Assembly (NCBI GenBank): GCA_965213925.1
Contig: OZ243927.1
Coordinates: 1-64,000 of the forward strand
Source of the DNA: Trueperaceae bacterium
Lineage (GTDB): Bacteria > Deinococcota > Deinococci > Deinococcales > Trueperaceae
DNA: 64,000 nt
Reading direction: 5' to 3'
Part shown: piece by piece, positions 21,542 through 34,438 of the stretch
Numbering within the stretch: the stretch's first letter is position 1
Layout of the letters: every line of letters begins with the position of its first letter
Program-made: the position numbers and the translations under genes
The notes under the pieces: generated by a model
Databases searched by the model: none
What the model saw: only the letters and a program-made list of their open reading frames with translations
What the model was told of the DNA's origin: nothing

Positions 21542-22081
21542 TTATCTAGCCGCTGCCTTACCAGCCTTGAGACGGACTTGCTCGCCCTCGTAACGCACGC
21601 CCTTGCCGTGGTACGAGTCGGGCGGACGCACCTCGCGGATGTTCGCCGCCACCTGACCAACGAGTTGCTTGTCGATACCCGAGACCGTGATGCGCGTCGC
21701 TTCGGGCGCAGCAATCGTGATGCCTTCGGGCGGGGTGATAACGACGGGGTGGGAAAAGCCTAGCGCAAGCTCCAGGTTCTGCCCTTTCATCGCGCAGCGG
21801 TAGCCGACGCCCTGAATCTGCAGGTTGCGGGAGAAGCCTTCCGTCACACCGACGATGGCGTTGTTGATGAGGCTCCGCGCCAAGCCGTGCTGCGAGCGGT
21901 CCGTGCGGTTGTCCGTAGGACGCTCGACGTGGATTTCGCCGTCTTCTTGCTTTACAGTGAGGCGTGGGCTAACCGGGACGGTGAGTTGTCCCTTTGAGCC
22001 TTTGACGACGACTTCGGTCTTTTTAATCTCTACATTGACGCCGCTCGGGACGGTGACGGGTGCTCTACCGATTCGAGACAT
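21542..22081 (-). CDS. rplF: 50S ribosomal protein L6
   Basis: MSRIGRAPV, GVGYR, YHGKGVRY. Confidence 0.97.
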   Translation of the reverse strand: MSRIGRAPVTVPSGVNVEIKKTEVVVKGSKGQLTVPVSPRLTVKQEDGEIHVERPTDNRTDRSQHGLARSLINNAIVGVTEGFSRNLQIQGVGYRCAMKGQNLELALGFSHPVVITPPEGITIAAPEATRITVSGIDKQLVGQVAANIREVRPPDSYHGKGVRYEGEQVRLKAGKAAAR

Positions 22082-22476
22082 TACCAAACCTCGCAAATCA
22101 CTTCGCCGCCGACGTTCTGGCGGCGGGCGTCACGGTCCACCATCAAGCCTTGCGGGGTGGAGATCACAGCGATGCCGAGTCCTCCGCGCACTACCGGAAC
22201 CGCTTTCGCCTTGCTGTAGGCGCGGCGTCCGGGCTTGGAGACGCGGGTGAGTTCGTTGATGATGGAGGTGCGCTTAGGTCCGTACTTGAGCCCGATGCGA
22301 ATGACGGGATGACCGTTCACAGTTGCGTTCTCAACGGACTTGAGGTAGCCCTCGCGCACGAGCACCTCGGCTAAAGACTTCTTGAATTTACTCGCTGGCA
22401 CGTCCACGGTGGCGGAGGCGATCGCCGCGCCGTTGCGGATGCGGGTCAGCATGTCAGCAATAGGGTCTGTATACAT
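22081..22476 (-). CDS. rpsH: 30S ribosomal protein S8
   Basis: MYTDPIADMLTRIRN, SKPGRRAY. Confidence 0.97.
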   Translation of the reverse strand: MYTDPIADMLTRIRNGAAIASATVDVPASKFKKSLAEVLVREGYLKSVENATVNGHPVIRIGLKYGPKRTSIINELTRVSKPGRRAYSKAKAVPVVRGGLGIAVISTPQGLMVDRDARRQNVGGEVICEVW

Positions 22477-22621
22477 TAGCCTATTTATCCTTCTTTCTGG
22501 CGAGGTTGGTATCAATGCAATCACATTGACCATCACCTCTGGAAAACAGTTTCTGTGTTTATGGGTTGCTCTCGAGAAGTCAAGACTGAGAGCGATAGAA
22601 ACTTGAGATTTCACCTTCACT

Positions 22622-22770
22622 TGTCACCCTGTTCACGTAGTCAGACAAAGTCCGGCGAAGGCGTGAGGGTCTCGTTTGACTGCGTCAAAACTGCGTAACG
22701 CGCCATCTCTGTTAGAGGAGGAGGCGAATGCAGAGATTCTTCTCTCCACTTCGTTACGCTCAGAATGACA
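22622..22770. repeat. REP/REPIN-like inverted-repeat element, copy 2 (between rpsN and rpsH)
   Basis: TGTCACCCTG...GAGGGTCTC...GCAGAGATTCTT...CAGAATGACA, reverse-complement match to 6760-6886. Confidence 0.6.
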
Positions 22771-22787
22771 CAGGGCGGCGGGTAGGT

Positions 22788-22973
22788 TTACCAGCTCGCC
22801 TTACGTACTCCAGGCAAATACCCGCTATGCGCCATCTCCCGCATACAAATCCGGCAGAGACCGAAGTCGCGCATATAGCTCTTGGCGCGTCCGCAACGCT
22901 GGCAGCGGTTCACTCCTCTGGTCGAAAACTTAGGCGTCCGTTTGGACTTCGCGATATGTGCTTTCGTTGCCAT
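22788..22973 (-). CDS. rpsN: 30S ribosomal protein S14, zinc-binding type Z
   Basis: 61 aa; RCQRCGR...[13 protein letters not shown]. Confidence 0.97.
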   Translation of the reverse strand: MATKAHIAKSKRTPKFSTRGVNRCQRCGRAKSYMRDFGLCRICMREMAHSGYLPGVRKASW

Positions 22974-22982
22974 GTCTCTCCT

Positions 22983-23534
22983 TTACTTTCTGAAGGGCAT
23001 TCCGAGCAGCTCGAGCAAGTTCCGCGCTTCCTCGTCCGTCTCCGCCGTCGTAATGATGGCGATGTCCATACCGCGCGTGGCGTCGATCTGGTCATACGAG
23101 AGTTCGGGGAAGACGATTTGCTCGCGCAAGCCGAGGTTGTAGTTGCCGCGCCCGTCGAAGGCGTTGGGGTTGATGCCGCGAAAGTCGCGCACGCGGGGGA
23201 GGGCGACATTGATGAGCTTCTCTAAGAAGACCCACATGCGGTCGCCGCGAAGGGTTACTTTTAAGCCGATAGGCATCCCGGCGCGGACCTTGAAGTTCGA
23301 GACCGACTTCTTCGTGCGGGTGACGACGGGGCGTTGGAGGGCGATTTGGGCGAGTTCGCGAGAGGCGCGTTCTAACACCTTCGAGTCGTCGCGTGCTTCG
23401 CCTAAGCCCATGTTGATGACGATCTTTTCCAACTTAGGAATCGCCATAACGTTGGCGTAGTTGTGGCGCTCCTGCATGGCAGAGACGACGTTGTCTTTAT
23501 AGTTCTGCCGGAGCCCGACGGTATTCGTGCTCAT
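22983..23534 (-). CDS. rplE: 50S ribosomal protein L5
   Basis: [25 protein letters not shown]. Confidence 0.98.
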   Translation of the reverse strand: MSTNTVGLRQNYKDNVVSAMQERHNYANVMAIPKLEKIVINMGLGEARDDSKVLERASRELAQIALQRPVVTRTKKSVSNFKVRAGMPIGLKVTLRGDRMWVFLEKLINVALPRVRDFRGINPNAFDGRGNYNLGLREQIVFPELSYDQIDATRGMDIAIITTAETDEEARNLLELLGMPFRK

Positions 23535-23881
23535 GCGTCCACCTGCTCATCTAAGCGTGCGCCGCTCTTGCTGCTCACGCGGATTTTCTCGCCGTCTTCC
23601 ATCTTGTAGCTGATGCGCGTCGGCTCGCCCGTTTCGGGGTCGAGGATGCGCACGTTGGAGGCGTGGATGGGCATCTCGCGCTCGCTGAAGCCGCCGCGCG
23701 GGTTCTCCTGCGTGGGGCGTTGGGTCTTCGTCGCGACGTTCACGTCTTTGACGACGACGCGGTTCTTCTCGGGCATGACGGCGACGATTTCGCCCTCTGC
23801 GCCTTTGTCTTTGCCCGCCATTACGCGCACTTGGTCACCGCGCTTGAGCTTGATGCGGGTTGCGTTCTGCTTCTGTGCCAT
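23531..23881 (-). CDS. rplX: 50S ribosomal protein L24
   Basis: [16 protein letters not shown] motif, PIHASNV. Confidence 0.97.
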   Translation of the reverse strand: MAQKQNATRIKLKRGDQVRVMAGKDKGAEGEIVAVMPEKNRVVVKDVNVATKTQRPTQENPRGGFSEREMPIHASNVRILDPETGEPTRISYKMEDGEKIRVSSKSGARLDEQVDA

Positions 23882-24249
23882 TAGAGGACCTCCGGCGCGA
23901 GCGAGACGATGCGCATGAAACGGCGTTCGCGCAGTTCGCGGGCAACGGGTCCGAAGACGCGCGTGCCGCGCGGCTCGTTCTGGTTATTGATTAAGACAGC
24001 GGCGTTGCGGTCGAAGCGGATGCTCGAGCCGTCCGCCCGGTTGATCTCCTTAGCAGTGCGTACGATGACAGCTTTGACCACGTCACCCTTCTTCACGCCC
24101 GCACGCGGAATCGCGTCTTTAACGGCTGCAACGATAATATCGCCCACGCCGCCAAAGGTCTGTGCGCCGGTGCCGAGCACGCGGATACACTGAATGCGGC
24201 GTGCGCCGGAATTATCGGCAACATCTAGGTAGGACTCTTGTTGAATCAT
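23881..24249 (-). CDS. rplN: 50S ribosomal protein L14
   Basis: [31 protein letters not shown]. Confidence 0.98.
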   Translation of the reverse strand: MIQQESYLDVADNSGARRIQCIRVLGTGAQTFGGVGDIIVAAVKDAIPRAGVKKGDVVKAVIVRTAKEINRADGSSIRFDRNAAVLINNQNEPRGTRVFGPVARELRERRFMRIVSLAPEVL

Positions 24250-24333
24250 GGTAGTGGGTAGTGGACAGTAGGTAGTGGACAGTGATTTGTTTTACCTCTT
24301 CACTCTTCACCCTTCACTCTTCACTCTCTCCCC

Positions 24334-24579
24334 TCACCCCCTCGCTTTCTCTAGCAGTTTCGTCACCGCGAAGCGCTTGCGCTTGCTGATAGGGCGGCGA
24401 GTGATGATCTCCACCGTGTCGCCGACACCGTATTCGTTCGCTTCGTCGTGGGCTAAGTACTTTTTCGATACCGTTACGACTTTGCCGTAGAGCGGGTGCT
24501 TGAAGCGGCGCTCGACCAGGACGGTCACAGTCTTGTCCGCTTTGTCACTCACGACACGACCTTGTAGCGTCTTTTTCAT
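24334..24579 (-). CDS. rpsQ: 30S ribosomal protein S17
   Basis: [24 protein letters not shown]. Confidence 0.97.
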   Translation of the reverse strand: MKKTLQGRVVSDKADKTVTVLVERRFKHPLYGKVVTVSKKYLAHDEANEYGVGDTVEIITRRPISKRKRFAVTKLLEKARG

Positions 24580-24767
24580 CGGCTTGCCTCTTCCTGCGCT
24601 ACCGTCAACAGCCGCGCGATTTCACGTTTCGCGGCGCGGATGCGTCTTGGGTTATTCGCCTGACCGACGGAGGCTTGGATGCGCAAGTCGAGGAGTTCCT
24701 CGCGGCGCTTGTTGACCTCGTCTTGAATCTCGTCACGGGTCAGGTTACGAATCTCATTGGACTTCAT
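24576..24767 (-). CDS. rpmC: 50S ribosomal protein L29
   Basis: [15 protein letters not shown]; position in S10 operon. Confidence 0.95.
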   Translation of the reverse strand: MKSNEIRNLTRDEIQDEVNKRREELLDLRIQASVGQANNPRRIRAAKREIARLLTVAQEEASR

Positions 24768-25178
24768 CGTAAACCTCGCGTTTGACCATCTTGGTCTTGA
24801 TGGGCAGCTTGTGACCCGCTAAGCGAAATGCCTCTTTTGCCTGCGCCTCGGTCACGTTGGCGACCTCGAAGAGGATGCGCCCCGGCTTGACCACGGACAC
24901 CCAGTATTCCACCGCGCCCTTACCCTTACCCATGCGGACCTCGGCGGGTTTCTTAGTGACGGGCTTGTCCGGGAAGATGCGGATGTAGATTTTACCCCCG
25001 CGCCGGAAGTAGCGGCTCATGGTGATGCGGCAGGCTTCTATCTGGTTCGACTTGATCCAAGCCGGCTCCATCGCGACCATACCGAAGTCACCGAAGGCGA
25101 CGTAATCGCCCCCTTTGGTGTCGCCGGTCATGCGCCCGCGCATCTGCTTGCGGTACTTTACACGTTTCGGTAACAGCA

Positions 25179-25179
<1 letters not shown>
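24754..25179 (-). CDS. rplP: 50S ribosomal protein L16
   Basis: [18 protein letters not shown]. Confidence 0.98.
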
Positions 25180-25990
<811 letters not shown>

Positions 25991-25991
<1 letters not shown>

Positions 25992-26332
25992 TACGCTTCC
26001 TTTTCTTCCAGGATGATGGTGACGTGGCTCGTGCGCTTGCGCAAGAGGTCAGCGCGACCCCGCGCACGCGGCAAGTACCGCTTGATCGTTGGACCTTCGT
26101 TGACCATGATTTTGGAAACGAACAAATCATCCTCGAACATGTCGTGATTGTTGACCGCGTTCGCTTTGGCGCTTTTGAGAAGCTTGAGGAGCGGCTGCGC
26201 GGAGCCTTTCGGCGTGAAGCGCAGGATGCTCTCGGCTTCGGTGACGTTTTTGCCCCGGATGAGGTCCGCGACGAGCCGCGTCTTCTGCGGCGTCACGCGG
26301 AGCATGGTGAGATGGGCTTTCGCTTCCACCAT
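25991..26332 (-). CDS. rplV: 50S ribosomal protein L22
   Basis: KTRLVADLIRG, PRARGRA, TSHVT. Confidence 0.98.
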
Positions 26333-26598
26333 TATCTCCGGTTCCCGCTGTGTGTGCGGAAGGTGCGCGTCGGCGAAAACTCGCCGAGCTTGTGCCCGAC
26401 CATGTTCTCTTGCACGAACACAGGAACGTGTTGGCGACCGTTGTACACGCCGATGGTGTGCCCGATCATCTCGGGTACAACCGTCGAGCGGCGGCTCCAG
26501 GTGCGGATGACTTTGCGGTCCCCGGATTCATTGGCGGCGTCCACCTTGTCTAATAAGTGATCGTCCACGAAGGGACCTTTTTTAGCGCTGCGTGCCAT
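26332..26598 (-). CDS. rpsS: 30S ribosomal protein S19
   Basis: [24 protein letters not shown]. Confidence 0.98.
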   Translation of the reverse strand: MARSAKKGPFVDDHLLDKVDAANESGDRKVIRTWSRRSTVVPEMIGHTIGVYNGRQHVPVFVQENMVGHKLGEFSPTRTFRTHSGNRR

Positions 26599-27434
26599 TA
26601 TTTCTTCCCTTTCCGGCGGCGGACGATGAAGCGGCTGCTGACCTTACGCTTCGTGCGCGTCTTGTAGCCCTTCGCCTTCTGACCCCACGGGCTTACGGGC
26701 GGGCGTCCGCTCGTCGAGCGACCTTCGCCGCCGCCGTGAGGGTGGTCAACGGGGTTCATCGCGCGACCGCGCACGTGCGGCTTGCGACCCATCCAGCGGG
26801 TGCGTCCAGCTTTGCCGATGACGACGTTTTTGTGCTCCGAGTTGCTCACGACACCGACCGTCGCGTAGCACTCGCCGTGGACGCGGCGGAGTTCGCCGCT
26901 AGGCAGTCTCAGGGTGACGTAGTTGCCGTCACGACCCTGAATCTGGATGCTCGTACCCGCACTGCGGGCGAGCTGTGCGCCTTTGCCGGGGACGAGTTCG
27001 ACGTTGTGGATGACCGTACCCACGGGGATAAAGCGGAGCGGCAGGGCGTTGCCGCGAACCGGCTCAGCCTCGGGTCCGGCGACGACGTGCGAGCCGACCT
27101 CGATGCCTTCAGGCGCGAGGATGTAGCGCTTCTCGCCGTCTACGTAGTGCAGTAGCGCGATGCGGGCGCTACGATTCGGATCGTATTCGATGGTGGCGAC
27201 CTTCGCCGGGACGCTCTCTTTATCGCGGCGGCGGAAGTCGATGATGCGGTAGCGGCGCTTATGCCCGCCGCCCCGGAAGCGCGTGGTGATGCGCCCCCTA
27301 TTGTTGCGTCCCCCGGTGCGCTTGCGGGTGTCCAAGAGGGACTTTTCCGGCGTGTCAGTGGTGACCCCGGCAAAGTCCGAGGTGGTCATGAAGCGCCTCG
27401 AGGGGGTGTATGGACGGTAACTCTTAGTCGGCAT
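26598..27434 (-). CDS. rplB: 50S ribosomal protein L2
   Basis: [22 protein letters not shown]. Confidence 0.99.
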   Translation of the reverse strand: MPTKSYRPYTPSRRFMTTSDFAGVTTDTPEKSLLDTRKRTGGRNNRGRITTRFRGGGHKRRYRIIDFRRRDKESVPAKVATIEYDPNRSARIALLHYVDGEKRYILAPEGIEVGSHVVAGPEAEPVRGNALPLRFIPVGTVIHNVELVPGKGAQLARSAGTSIQIQGRDGNYVTLRLPSGELRRVHGECYATVGVVSNSEHKNVVIGKAGRTRWMGRKPHVRGRAMNPVDHPHGGGEGRSTSGRPPVSPWGQKAKGYKTRTKRKVSSRFIVRRRKGKK

Positions 27435-27443
27435 AAACCCTCC

Positions 27444-27731
27444 TTAGGTGAGACCCTCGAGCTGCTGGATACGCTGTCCAGGTCTCAGGGTAACGATAGC
27501 TTTCTTGCGCTTAGGGCGGAGCCCACGGTAGCGACCGAGCGTCTTCTCCTTGCCGCGCACGTTAGCGAGGTTGATCTTCATGACGTCCACGCTGAAAACC
27601 GTTTCGATGGCGTCTTTGATCTGCGTGCGATTCGCACTCGGGTGGACGTAGAAAGCGTACTTGCTGTTTTCAACCGTAGCGAGCGCTTTTTCGGATAGAA
27701 CGGGTCTGAGGATGACGTCGTGAACGTTCAT
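27444..27731 (-). CDS. rplW: 50S ribosomal protein L23
   Basis: PVLSEKA, KKAIVTL. Confidence 0.97.
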   Translation of the reverse strand: MNVHDVILRPVLSEKALATVENSKYAFYVHPSANRTQIKDAIETVFSVDVMKINLANVRGKEKTLGRYRGLRPKRKKAIVTLRPGQRIQQLEGLT

Positions 27732-28339
27732 GCAGCGTCCTCCATGTCGGAGCCCTCGAGGTCAAAAAGCCCCGCGTCCGCAATCAGGTGATCGTGGCGC
27801 AAGATATCGTAGACGTTCAAGGCGTTGCCCGGCAGCACGCTGACCCAGGGCAGGTTCCGCGCGGCGCGGCGTACCATTTCGTCGTCGGTGACGAGGAGGA
27901 TGCGCTCTTTGCCGTCGAAGCCGTTGTCCTTCGCCCAGGAAACGAACTCTTTCGTCTTACCGCCAATGTCGAAGCTATCCACTAGGGTCAGCTTGTCGTC
28001 GTTAGCCCTTGCCGAAAGCGCCATATGCAACCCTAAACGGCGCACGCGCTTCGGCAACGTGTACGAGTAGTCGCGCGGATGCGGACCGAAAGCGATGCCG
28101 CCGCCCACGAAGATCGGCGCTTTGTACGAGCCGTGACGCGCACGCCCCGTACCTTTTTGCGGGTACATCTTCGCCGTCGTGCCTGACATTGTGCCGCGCG
28201 TCTTCGTCGCTGCTGTTCCTCTGCGCCGCTTCGAAAGCTGCCACTGCACGACCTCATGCAGCACAGCCTCTTTCGGCTCCGGTAAGTCGAGCGTGACGGT
28301 GCGTCCGCTCCCTAAAATCTCTATGGTCACAGCCATCAT
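27728..28339 (-). CDS. rplD: 50S ribosomal protein L4
   Basis: [19 protein letters not shown]. Confidence 0.98.
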   Translation of the reverse strand: MMAVTIEILGSGRTVTLDLPEPKEAVLHEVVQWQLSKRRRGTAATKTRGTMSGTTAKMYPQKGTGRARHGSYKAPIFVGGGIAFGPHPRDYSYTLPKRVRRLGLHMALSARANDDKLTLVDSFDIGGKTKEFVSWAKDNGFDGKERILLVTDDEMVRRAARNLPWVSVLPGNALNVYDILRHDHLIADAGLFDLEGSDMEDAA

Positions 28340-28971
28340 GACCCCCTTGTATTTCTGCTGTCCCGTTTCGAGTCTTTGATTGTCAAGACGCCGCCGTTAG
28401 GTCCAGGAACCGCACCTTTGACGAGCAAGAGGTTCTCTTCGGGGCGGACCTCTACGAGTTCTAGTCCGACCGTCGTAACGCGCTCGCTACCGTAGTGCCC
28501 TGCCATCTTCTTACCCTTGTAGACGCGACCTGGCGACTTACGCTGCCCAATCGAGCCGGGCGAGCGGTGCTTCTTCTTCACGCCGTGCGTCGCAGGCAGA
28601 CCGCTGAAGTTCCAGCGCTTGATGACGCCCGCCGTGCCGCGACCTTTAGAGGTTCCCGTCACGTCGAGCTTCTGCCCCGCTTCGAAGATGTCCACCGTCA
28701 CGGTGTCCTCGTCGGGCGTGTAGTCGCGAAACTCTAAGAGGTGACGCTGGGCGGAGACGCCCGCTTTCTTCGTGTGACCCAGCTCGGGCTTGTTTGCCCG
28801 GCGCTCGAGTTTCTCCATCCAGCCGAGTTGGACGGCGCTGTAGCCGTCCGTCTCGGGCGTTTTACGTTGCACGACGGGGCAGGGACCCGCCAGAATGACC
28901 GTCACCGGCACGAGCCGGTTGTCCTGCCATATCTGGGTCATCCCTACCTTCGTGCCTAACATCCCTTTCAC
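28336..28971 (-). CDS. rplC: 50S ribosomal protein L3
   Basis: [21 protein letters not shown]. Confidence 0.98.
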   Translation of the reverse strand: MKGMLGTKVGMTQIWQDNRLVPVTVILAGPCPVVQRKTPETDGYSAVQLGWMEKLERRANKPELGHTKKAGVSAQRHLLEFRDYTPDEDTVTVDIFEAGQKLDVTGTSKGRGTAGVIKRWNFSGLPATHGVKKKHRSPGSIGQRKSPGRVYKGKKMAGHYGSERVTTVGLELVEVRPEENLLLVKGAVPGPNGGVLTIKDSKRDSRNTRGS

Positions 28972-29291
28972 TAGCGACCTCCAACCGTCTTGATTTCGAT
29001 GTCCACCCCGGTTGGGAGGTCGAGGTGCATGAGGCTGTCGATGGTGCTCTTCGTCGGCGTCTTAATGTCGATGAGGCGGTTATGCGTCCGAATCTCGAAG
29101 TGCTCGCGGCTGTCCTTGTTGACAAAGGGGCTGCGGAGCACGCAGAAGCGGCGGATGCGGGTAGGTAGCGGAACGGGTCCTGCCACCTTCGCTCCAGTGC
29201 GCTTGACCGTATCGACGATTTTGGTCGCCGAGGAGTCGAGGCTCCGGTGATCGAACGCGCGGAGTTTAATGCGAATACGAGGTGCAGCCAT
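28971..29291 (-). CDS. rpsJ: 30S ribosomal protein S10
   Basis: [22 protein letters not shown]. Confidence 0.98.
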   Translation of the reverse strand: MAAPRIRIKLRAFDHRSLDSSATKIVDTVKRTGAKVAGPVPLPTRIRRFCVLRSPFVNKDSREHFEIRTHNRLIDIKTPTKSTIDSLMHLDLPTGVDIEIKTVGGR

Positions 29292-29294
29292 AAC

Positions 29295-30512
29295 TTACTT
29301 CGTCACTTCCGTCACGACGCCTGCACCCACGGTCCGACCACCTTCACGAATGGCAAAGCGCAAGCCCTCCTCCATCGCAATCGGCTTGATCAGTTCAACG
29401 TCAAGTTCGACGTTGTCCCCAGGCATCACCATCTCTACCCCGTCAGGCAAGGTGCACACACCCGTGACGTCCGTCGTGCGGAAGTAGAACTGCGGGCGGT
29501 AGCCCGTGAAAAAAGCAGAGTGGCGTCCGCCCTCCTCTTTCTTGAGGATATACACCGAGCCCTTGAAGCCCGTGTGCGGGGTGATGGTGCCCGGCTTGGC
29601 TAAGACTTGTCCTCGTTCGATGTCGTCACGCTGGACGCCGCGCAAGAGGACGCCCACGTTATCGCCCGCGATACCCGAGTCCAACGTCTTACGGTGCATC
29701 TCGACGCCCGTGACAACTGACTTGCGGGTATCAGTTAAGCCGACGATGGCGATCTCTTCGCCGGTCTTGACCTGTCCACGCTCAACTCTACCGGTGGCAA
29801 CCGTGCCACGACCCGTGATGGTGAACACGTCTTCGACGGGCATCAAGAAGGGTTTGTCCACGTCGCGCTCAGGCGTGGGGATGTAGGAGTCCACCGCGTC
29901 AAGCAGGTCCCATATCTTATCGACCCACTCGTTCTCGCCTCTTTGGGTGTTGGGGTTCTCGCCCAGGGCTTCGAGGGCTTTAAGAGCCGAGCCTGCGACA
30001 ATCGGGGTGTCGTCGCCGGGGAACTCATAGGAATCTAGGAGTTCGCGCACTTCCATCTCGACGAGTTCTAATAACTCTTCGTCGTCGACCATGTCGGTCT
30101 TATTCATGAACACGACGATGTAGGGGACGCCCACCTGACGCGCCAAGAGGATATGTTCTCTCGTTTGCGGCATAGGACCATCTGCTGCCGAGACGACCAG
30201 GATTGCGCCGTCCATCTGGGCAGCTCCGGTAATCATGTTCTTGACGTAGTCGGCGTGTCCGGGGCAGTCCACGTGCGAGTAGTGGCGCTCTTTCGTCTGG
30301 TACTCCACGTGCGAGGTGTTGATGGTGATGCCCCGCGCTTTTTCCTCGGGGGCTTTGTCGATCATATCGTAGCTGAGTGTTTCCACCGTAGGATCAGCGG
30401 CGGCGGCTGTAAAGGTGATCGCAGCCGTTAAGGTGGTCTTGCCGTGGTCTACATGTCCTACCGTGCCGATGTTCACGTGCGGTTTCGTGCGGTTGAATGT
30501 GGCTTTGGCCAT
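29295..30512 (-). CDS. tuf: Elongation factor Tu
   Basis: [29 protein letters not shown]. Confidence 0.99.
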   Translation of the reverse strand: MAKATFNRTKPHVNIGTVGHVDHGKTTLTAAITFTAAAADPTVETLSYDMIDKAPEEKARGITINTSHVEYQTKERHYSHVDCPGHADYVKNMITGAAQMDGAILVVSAADGPMPQTREHILLARQVGVPYIVVFMNKTDMVDDEELLELVEMEVRELLDSYEFPGDDTPIVAGSALKALEALGENPNTQRGENEWVDKIWDLLDAVDSYIPTPERDVDKPFLMPVEDVFTITGRGTVATGRVERGQVKTGEEIAIVGLTDTRKSVVTGVEMHRKTLDSGIAGDNVGVLLRGVQRDDIERGQVLAKPGTITPHTGFKGSVYILKKEEGGRHSAFFTGYRPQFYFRTTDVTGVCTLPDGVEMVMPGDNVELDVELIKPIAMEEGLRFAIREGGRTVGAGVVTEVTK

Positions 30513-30632
30513 GAGATTATCTCCTTAATCTCTGAACTTGAGTGAGAGGTTTTTCGTCTTCGGAATGATGTTCCTCTGACAGAAGGGGTGAGAAGAGGTA
30601 TCACCTGAAATTGAAGGTGATACCTCCGAGGT

Positions 30633-32720
30633 TTACTTCTTGACTAAGTCGTCCTGAATATTCTTGGGCACTTGTGCATAGTGGTCCAAGAACATCGTGA
30701 AGGTCGCGCGTCCCTGCGAGATGCTGCGCAAATCCGTCGCGTAGCCGAACATCTCAGAGAGTGGCACGTGCGCGTTGATGATCTGGGCATTGCCGCGCGG
30801 CTGCATCCCTTGAATCTGTCCACGGCGCGAGTTAAGGCTACCGATGACGTCGCCCATGTACTGCTCGGGGCTAACGACTTCGACGCGCATGACGGGCTCG
30901 AGCACGGACGCCGCACCCTTCGTCATCGCCTCTTTAATCGCCATCGACGCCGCAATCTTAAACGCCATCTCGGACGAGTCAACCTCGTGGTACGAGCCGT
31001 CGTAGAGCTTGACCTTCATATCCACGATGGGGAAGCCGAGGAGCGGTCCATTTTGCATCGCTTCTTCGATGCCCTTCTGTACAGCGGGAATGTATTCCTT
31101 AGGGATCGTCCCACCGACGACAGCGTTCTCGAACTCGAAGCCGCTGCCGCGCTCCAAAGGCTCCGCTTGAATCTTCACGTCACCGTACTGACCGCGTCCA
31201 CCCGACTGACGGACGAACTTACCTTGTACGTCGACGGGCTTAGTAATGGTCTCGCGGTAGGCGACCTGCGGCGCACCGACATTCGCGTTGACGTTGAACT
31301 CGCGGCGGAGGCGGTCCACGATGATCTCCAAGTGAAGCTCACCCATGCCCGAGATTTTGGTTTGACCCGTTTCACTGTCCGTTTCGACGCGGAAGGTGGG
31401 GTCCTCTTCGGCGAGCTTGACCATGCCGCTGCTGAGCTTGTCCTGATCCGCTTTCGAGGCGGGCTCGATGGCGACGGTGATGACGGGCTCGGGGATTTCG
31501 ATGGACTCCAACTCGATGGGGTGGTCCTGATCCGCAAGCGTATCCCCTGTCGAGGTGTCTTTAAGACCAATGACCGCACCCAAGTCACCTGCGCCAATTT
31601 GCTCGATCTCTTCGCGCGAGTTCGCGTGCATCTTCAAGAGACGCCCGATGCGCTCTTTTTTGCCCTTTGAGACGTTGTAGACGTAGGAGCCGGACTCCAA
31701 CACGCCCGAGTACACGCGAACAAAGGTCAAACGCCCGACGTAGGGGTCGGTCATGACCTTGAAGGCTAGCGCCGAGGTTGGCGCAGTTTCGTCGGCGGGG
31801 CGGGTGTCCTCTTCGCCGGTCTCGAGGATCACCCCACGAATCGCCGGAACATCCAGTGGGCTCGGCAGGTAGAGCGCCACGCAATCTAAGAGACGCTGCA
31901 CACCTTTGTTCTTGAGTGCAGAGCCGCAGAGAACGGGGAAAAGTTCCAACGCAATTGTCCCTTTGCGAATTGCCGCGTTAATTATATCGGCGGGAACCTC
32001 TTCGCCTTCCAAAAAGAGCATCGCTACATCGTCGTCGGCGTCCGCGAGCTTCTCGATCATGAGGTTGCGCTTCTCTTCAGCGAGTTCCGCGAATTCGGCG
32101 GGCACATCCGTCACTTCGATATCTTGACCTAAGTCGTCCTTGAAGGTGTACGCCTTCATGTCGATGAGGTCGATCAAGCCTTTGAACGAATCCTCTTGCC
32201 CCATCGGCCACTGGATCGGCACGGCGTTCGCCGCTAAGCGCTCCTCCATCGAATCCAAGACGAGCTGGAAGTCCGCGCCTGTCTTGTCCATCTTGTTGGC
32301 GAACGCTAAGCGCGGCACGCGGTAGCGGTCCGCTTGACGCCAAACGGTCTCAGATTGCGGCTCGACGCCCTGCGACGCATCGAAGACGGCGACGGCGGCG
32401 TCTAAAACGCGCATGGAGCGCTCGACTTCCATCGTGAAGTCCACGTGTCCGGGCGTGTCGATAATGTTGATGCGGGTATCCGCCCAGAACGCCTGCGTCA
32501 CCGCTGAGGTAATCGTGATGCCGCGCTCTTTCTCCTGTGCCATCCAGTCCATCTGGCTCGCACCCTCATGGGTCTCACCGATTTTGTGAATACGCCCCGC
32601 GTAGAAGAGGATGCGCTCGGTCAAGGTGGTCTTGCCCGCGTCGATATGTGCGGCAATCCCGATATTACGGGTCTTACTTAGGTCAACACCTGTTTTAGTT
32701 CCTGTTGTGTTGGTTGCCAT
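30633..32720 (-). CDS. fusA: Elongation factor G
   Basis: [28 protein letters not shown]. Confidence 0.99.
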   Translation of the reverse strand: MATNTTGTKTGVDLSKTRNIGIAAHIDAGKTTLTERILFYAGRIHKIGETHEGASQMDWMAQEKERGITITSAVTQAFWADTRINIIDTPGHVDFTMEVERSMRVLDAAVAVFDASQGVEPQSETVWRQADRYRVPRLAFANKMDKTGADFQLVLDSMEERLAANAVPIQWPMGQEDSFKGLIDLIDMKAYTFKDDLGQDIEVTDVPAEFAELAEEKRNLMIEKLADADDDVAMLFLEGEEVPADIINAAIRKGTIALELFPVLCGSALKNKGVQRLLDCVALYLPSPLDVPAIRGVILETGEEDTRPADETAPTSALAFKVMTDPYVGRLTFVRVYSGVLESGSYVYNVSKGKKERIGRLLKMHANSREEIEQIGAGDLGAVIGLKDTSTGDTLADQDHPIELESIEIPEPVITVAIEPASKADQDKLSSGMVKLAEEDPTFRVETDSETGQTKISGMGELHLEIIVDRLRREFNVNANVGAPQVAYRETITKPVDVQGKFVRQSGGRGQYGDVKIQAEPLERGSGFEFENAVVGGTIPKEYIPAVQKGIEEAMQNGPLLGFPIVDMKVKLYDGSYHEVDSSEMAFKIAASMAIKEAMTKGAASVLEPVMRVEVVSPEQYMGDVIGSLNSRRGQIQGMQPRGNAQIINAHVPLSEMFGYATDLRSISQGRATFTMFLDHYAQVPKNIQDDLVKK

Positions 32721-32823
32721 AAAAGTTCAGAAAGAAGTGGGAAGTGAGAAATAGGAAGTGAGAAAGGTTCAACCTTCTAACTTCACTCTTCGTCCTTCAC
32801 GCTTCAATCTTTTTCCTCCTCTC

Positions 32824-33294
32824 TTACCAGCGGTAGTGCGCGTAGGCGCGGTTAGCTTCTGCCATACGTTCGACGTCGTCTTTTTTCTTGACTGCGCCCC
32901 CACGTCCGGCGGCGGCGTCTAGGAGTTCGCCTGCGACGCGCTCGCTCGCGGTGCGTTCAGGACGGGCGTCCGAGGCAGCGGCGAGCCAGCGGAGTGAGAG
33001 CGATTGGGCGCGGCGTGGGCTCACTTCAACGGGGACCTGATAGGTCGCCCCACCAACGCGGCGGCTCTTGACTTCAATCTTAGGACGGACGTTATCGATG
33101 CCCTGACGGAAGACTTTGAGCGGTTCTTGTCCACTGCGCTCTTGAATCAGGCGGCACGCGCCGTAAAAGATGCGGCTGGATAAGTTCTTCTTCCCGTCGC
33201 GCATGAGCTTGTTGATGAACGCCGTGACCGTCGTGTCGCTGTAGACGAGGTCGGGCTCGAGCCTTCTGACTTCTGCTCTTCTTCTGCGTCCCAT
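32824..33294 (-). CDS. rpsG: 30S ribosomal protein S7
   Basis: SRRVGGATYQVP, MAEANRAYAHYRW. Confidence 0.98.
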   Translation of the reverse strand: MGRRRRAEVRRLEPDLVYSDTTVTAFINKLMRDGKKNLSSRIFYGACRLIQERSGQEPLKVFRQGIDNVRPKIEVKSRRVGGATYQVPVEVSPRRAQSLSLRWLAAASDARPERTASERVAGELLDAAAGRGGAVKKKDDVERMAEANRAYAHYRW

Positions 33295-33296
33295 AC

Positions 33297-33686
33297 TTAC
33301 CCTTTCGGTTTCTTCGTGCCGTACTTGCTGCGGCCCTGGTTGCGCTGCACGTAACGACCTACGCCCACGCCCTGTGTATCTAACGCGCCGCGCACGATGT
33401 GGTAGCGCACGCCCGGCAAATCCTTGACACGCCCGCCGCGAATTAAGACAACCGAGTGCTCTTGCAAGTTATGCTTCTCGCCGGGGATGTACGCGGTAAC
33501 TTCATAGCCGGACGAGAGACGCACACGCGCGATTTTGCGCAGTGCCGAGTTCGGCTTCTTGGGGGTTTGTGTCTTGACAACCGTGCACACGCCACGGCGC
33601 TGCGGGCTGCCCTTGAGTGCGGGGACTTTATTCTTTTTCGGTAGGGCTTTGCGACCCTTACGCAGTAACTGGTTGACGGTTGGCAG
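33297..33686 (-). CDS. rpsL: 30S ribosomal protein S12 (probable CTG start at 33686; alternative GTG at 33695)
   Basis: [21 protein letters not shown] spacing favours the CTG. Confidence 0.97.
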   Translation of the reverse strand: MPTVNQLLRKGRKALPKKNKVPALKGSPQRRGVCTVVKTQTPKKPNSALRKIARVRLSSGYEVTAYIPGEKHNLQEHSVVLIRGGRVKDLPGVRYHIVRGALDTQGVGVGRYVQRNQGRSKYGTKKPKG

Positions 33687-33850
33687 CGTGACCACTCCCT
33701 CTTTCTTTGACTTGAGCCCGCAGCAGCGCTACGGACGCAGAGCTTCCGGTTAAATAACGACACTTGTTGGACCTAAAAGGTGGGGTAACAAGCACACGAC
33801 GACGGTGCCCCCTGACTTATCGCTGCAAGCCGGGAAGGGCAAACTCAAGT

Positions 33851-33880
33851 AGTATATAGGGGTGTATAGGGAGAAATCAA
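33851..33880 (-). promoter_or_regulatory. Probable sigma70 promoter of the str operon
   Basis: Minus strand TTGATT-N18-TATACT upstream of rpsL. Confidence 0.55.
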
Positions 33881-34027
33881 GGTCTAGCCTTACGTTCTGG
33901 TACGTGAAGTGCTGAAACCTTTGAACCTCATGAGAGGTTGGGCGCGGTGAAGCGCCGGAAGTTGAGATTATGGTACGCGAATCTTTGAGGAGATGCAGTG
34001 TGGGGTTTCACGTGGAGGACGTTTCAG

Positions 34028-34438
34028 CTAACTCAACAGATTTATGAAGTCTCGCGCTGTTACGATAGAAACACCTTCAACACGCGCTAAGGCGAGCAAA
34101 TCCCCTTTATCACCGGAAACGATGTACTGCGCGTCTCCTGTAAGAGCCACCGCGATAATGGGATTATCGTCTGGGTCGGGCGAGTAGTCCACCTTTGGTA
34201 GCTCGCGGAGCATCACACCTCGCTTTCTGAGGTGATTTATTAGCGCACCAACCTGATATGGCTTGAGGAGCGGAGCCAGGTGATCGTAACGACTCACAGC
34301 CTTAATCTCTTCAATTTGCCATTCAGAGATGACGAGGTCGAAGGCTCTATCTACTCACAGGTCGAGCGCTTTATAAGGATAGCCTCTATCGGAAATTAGA
34401 GCGGAGATGAAGATACCAGTGTCGAGGACAACCCGCAT
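34028..34438 (-). pseudogene. PIN-domain toxin with internal TGA stop
   Basis: MRVVLDTGIFISALI...KALDL*VDRAFDLVIS...DPDDN...IVSGD; stop at 34355-34357. Confidence 0.85.

Noticed and set aside
22081..22620. 179-aa extended S8
   Set aside because: The canonical S8 N-terminus with an SD starts at 22476.
30672..31670. 332-aa plus-strand ORF, and similar antisense ORFs throughout the ribosomal cluster
   Set aside because: Antisense shadows of conserved genes, expected in GC-rich DNA.
34355..34357. Selenocysteine or recoded TGA in the PIN gene
   Set aside because: The position is not a catalytic Cys, and TGA is a normal stop elsewhere in the window.
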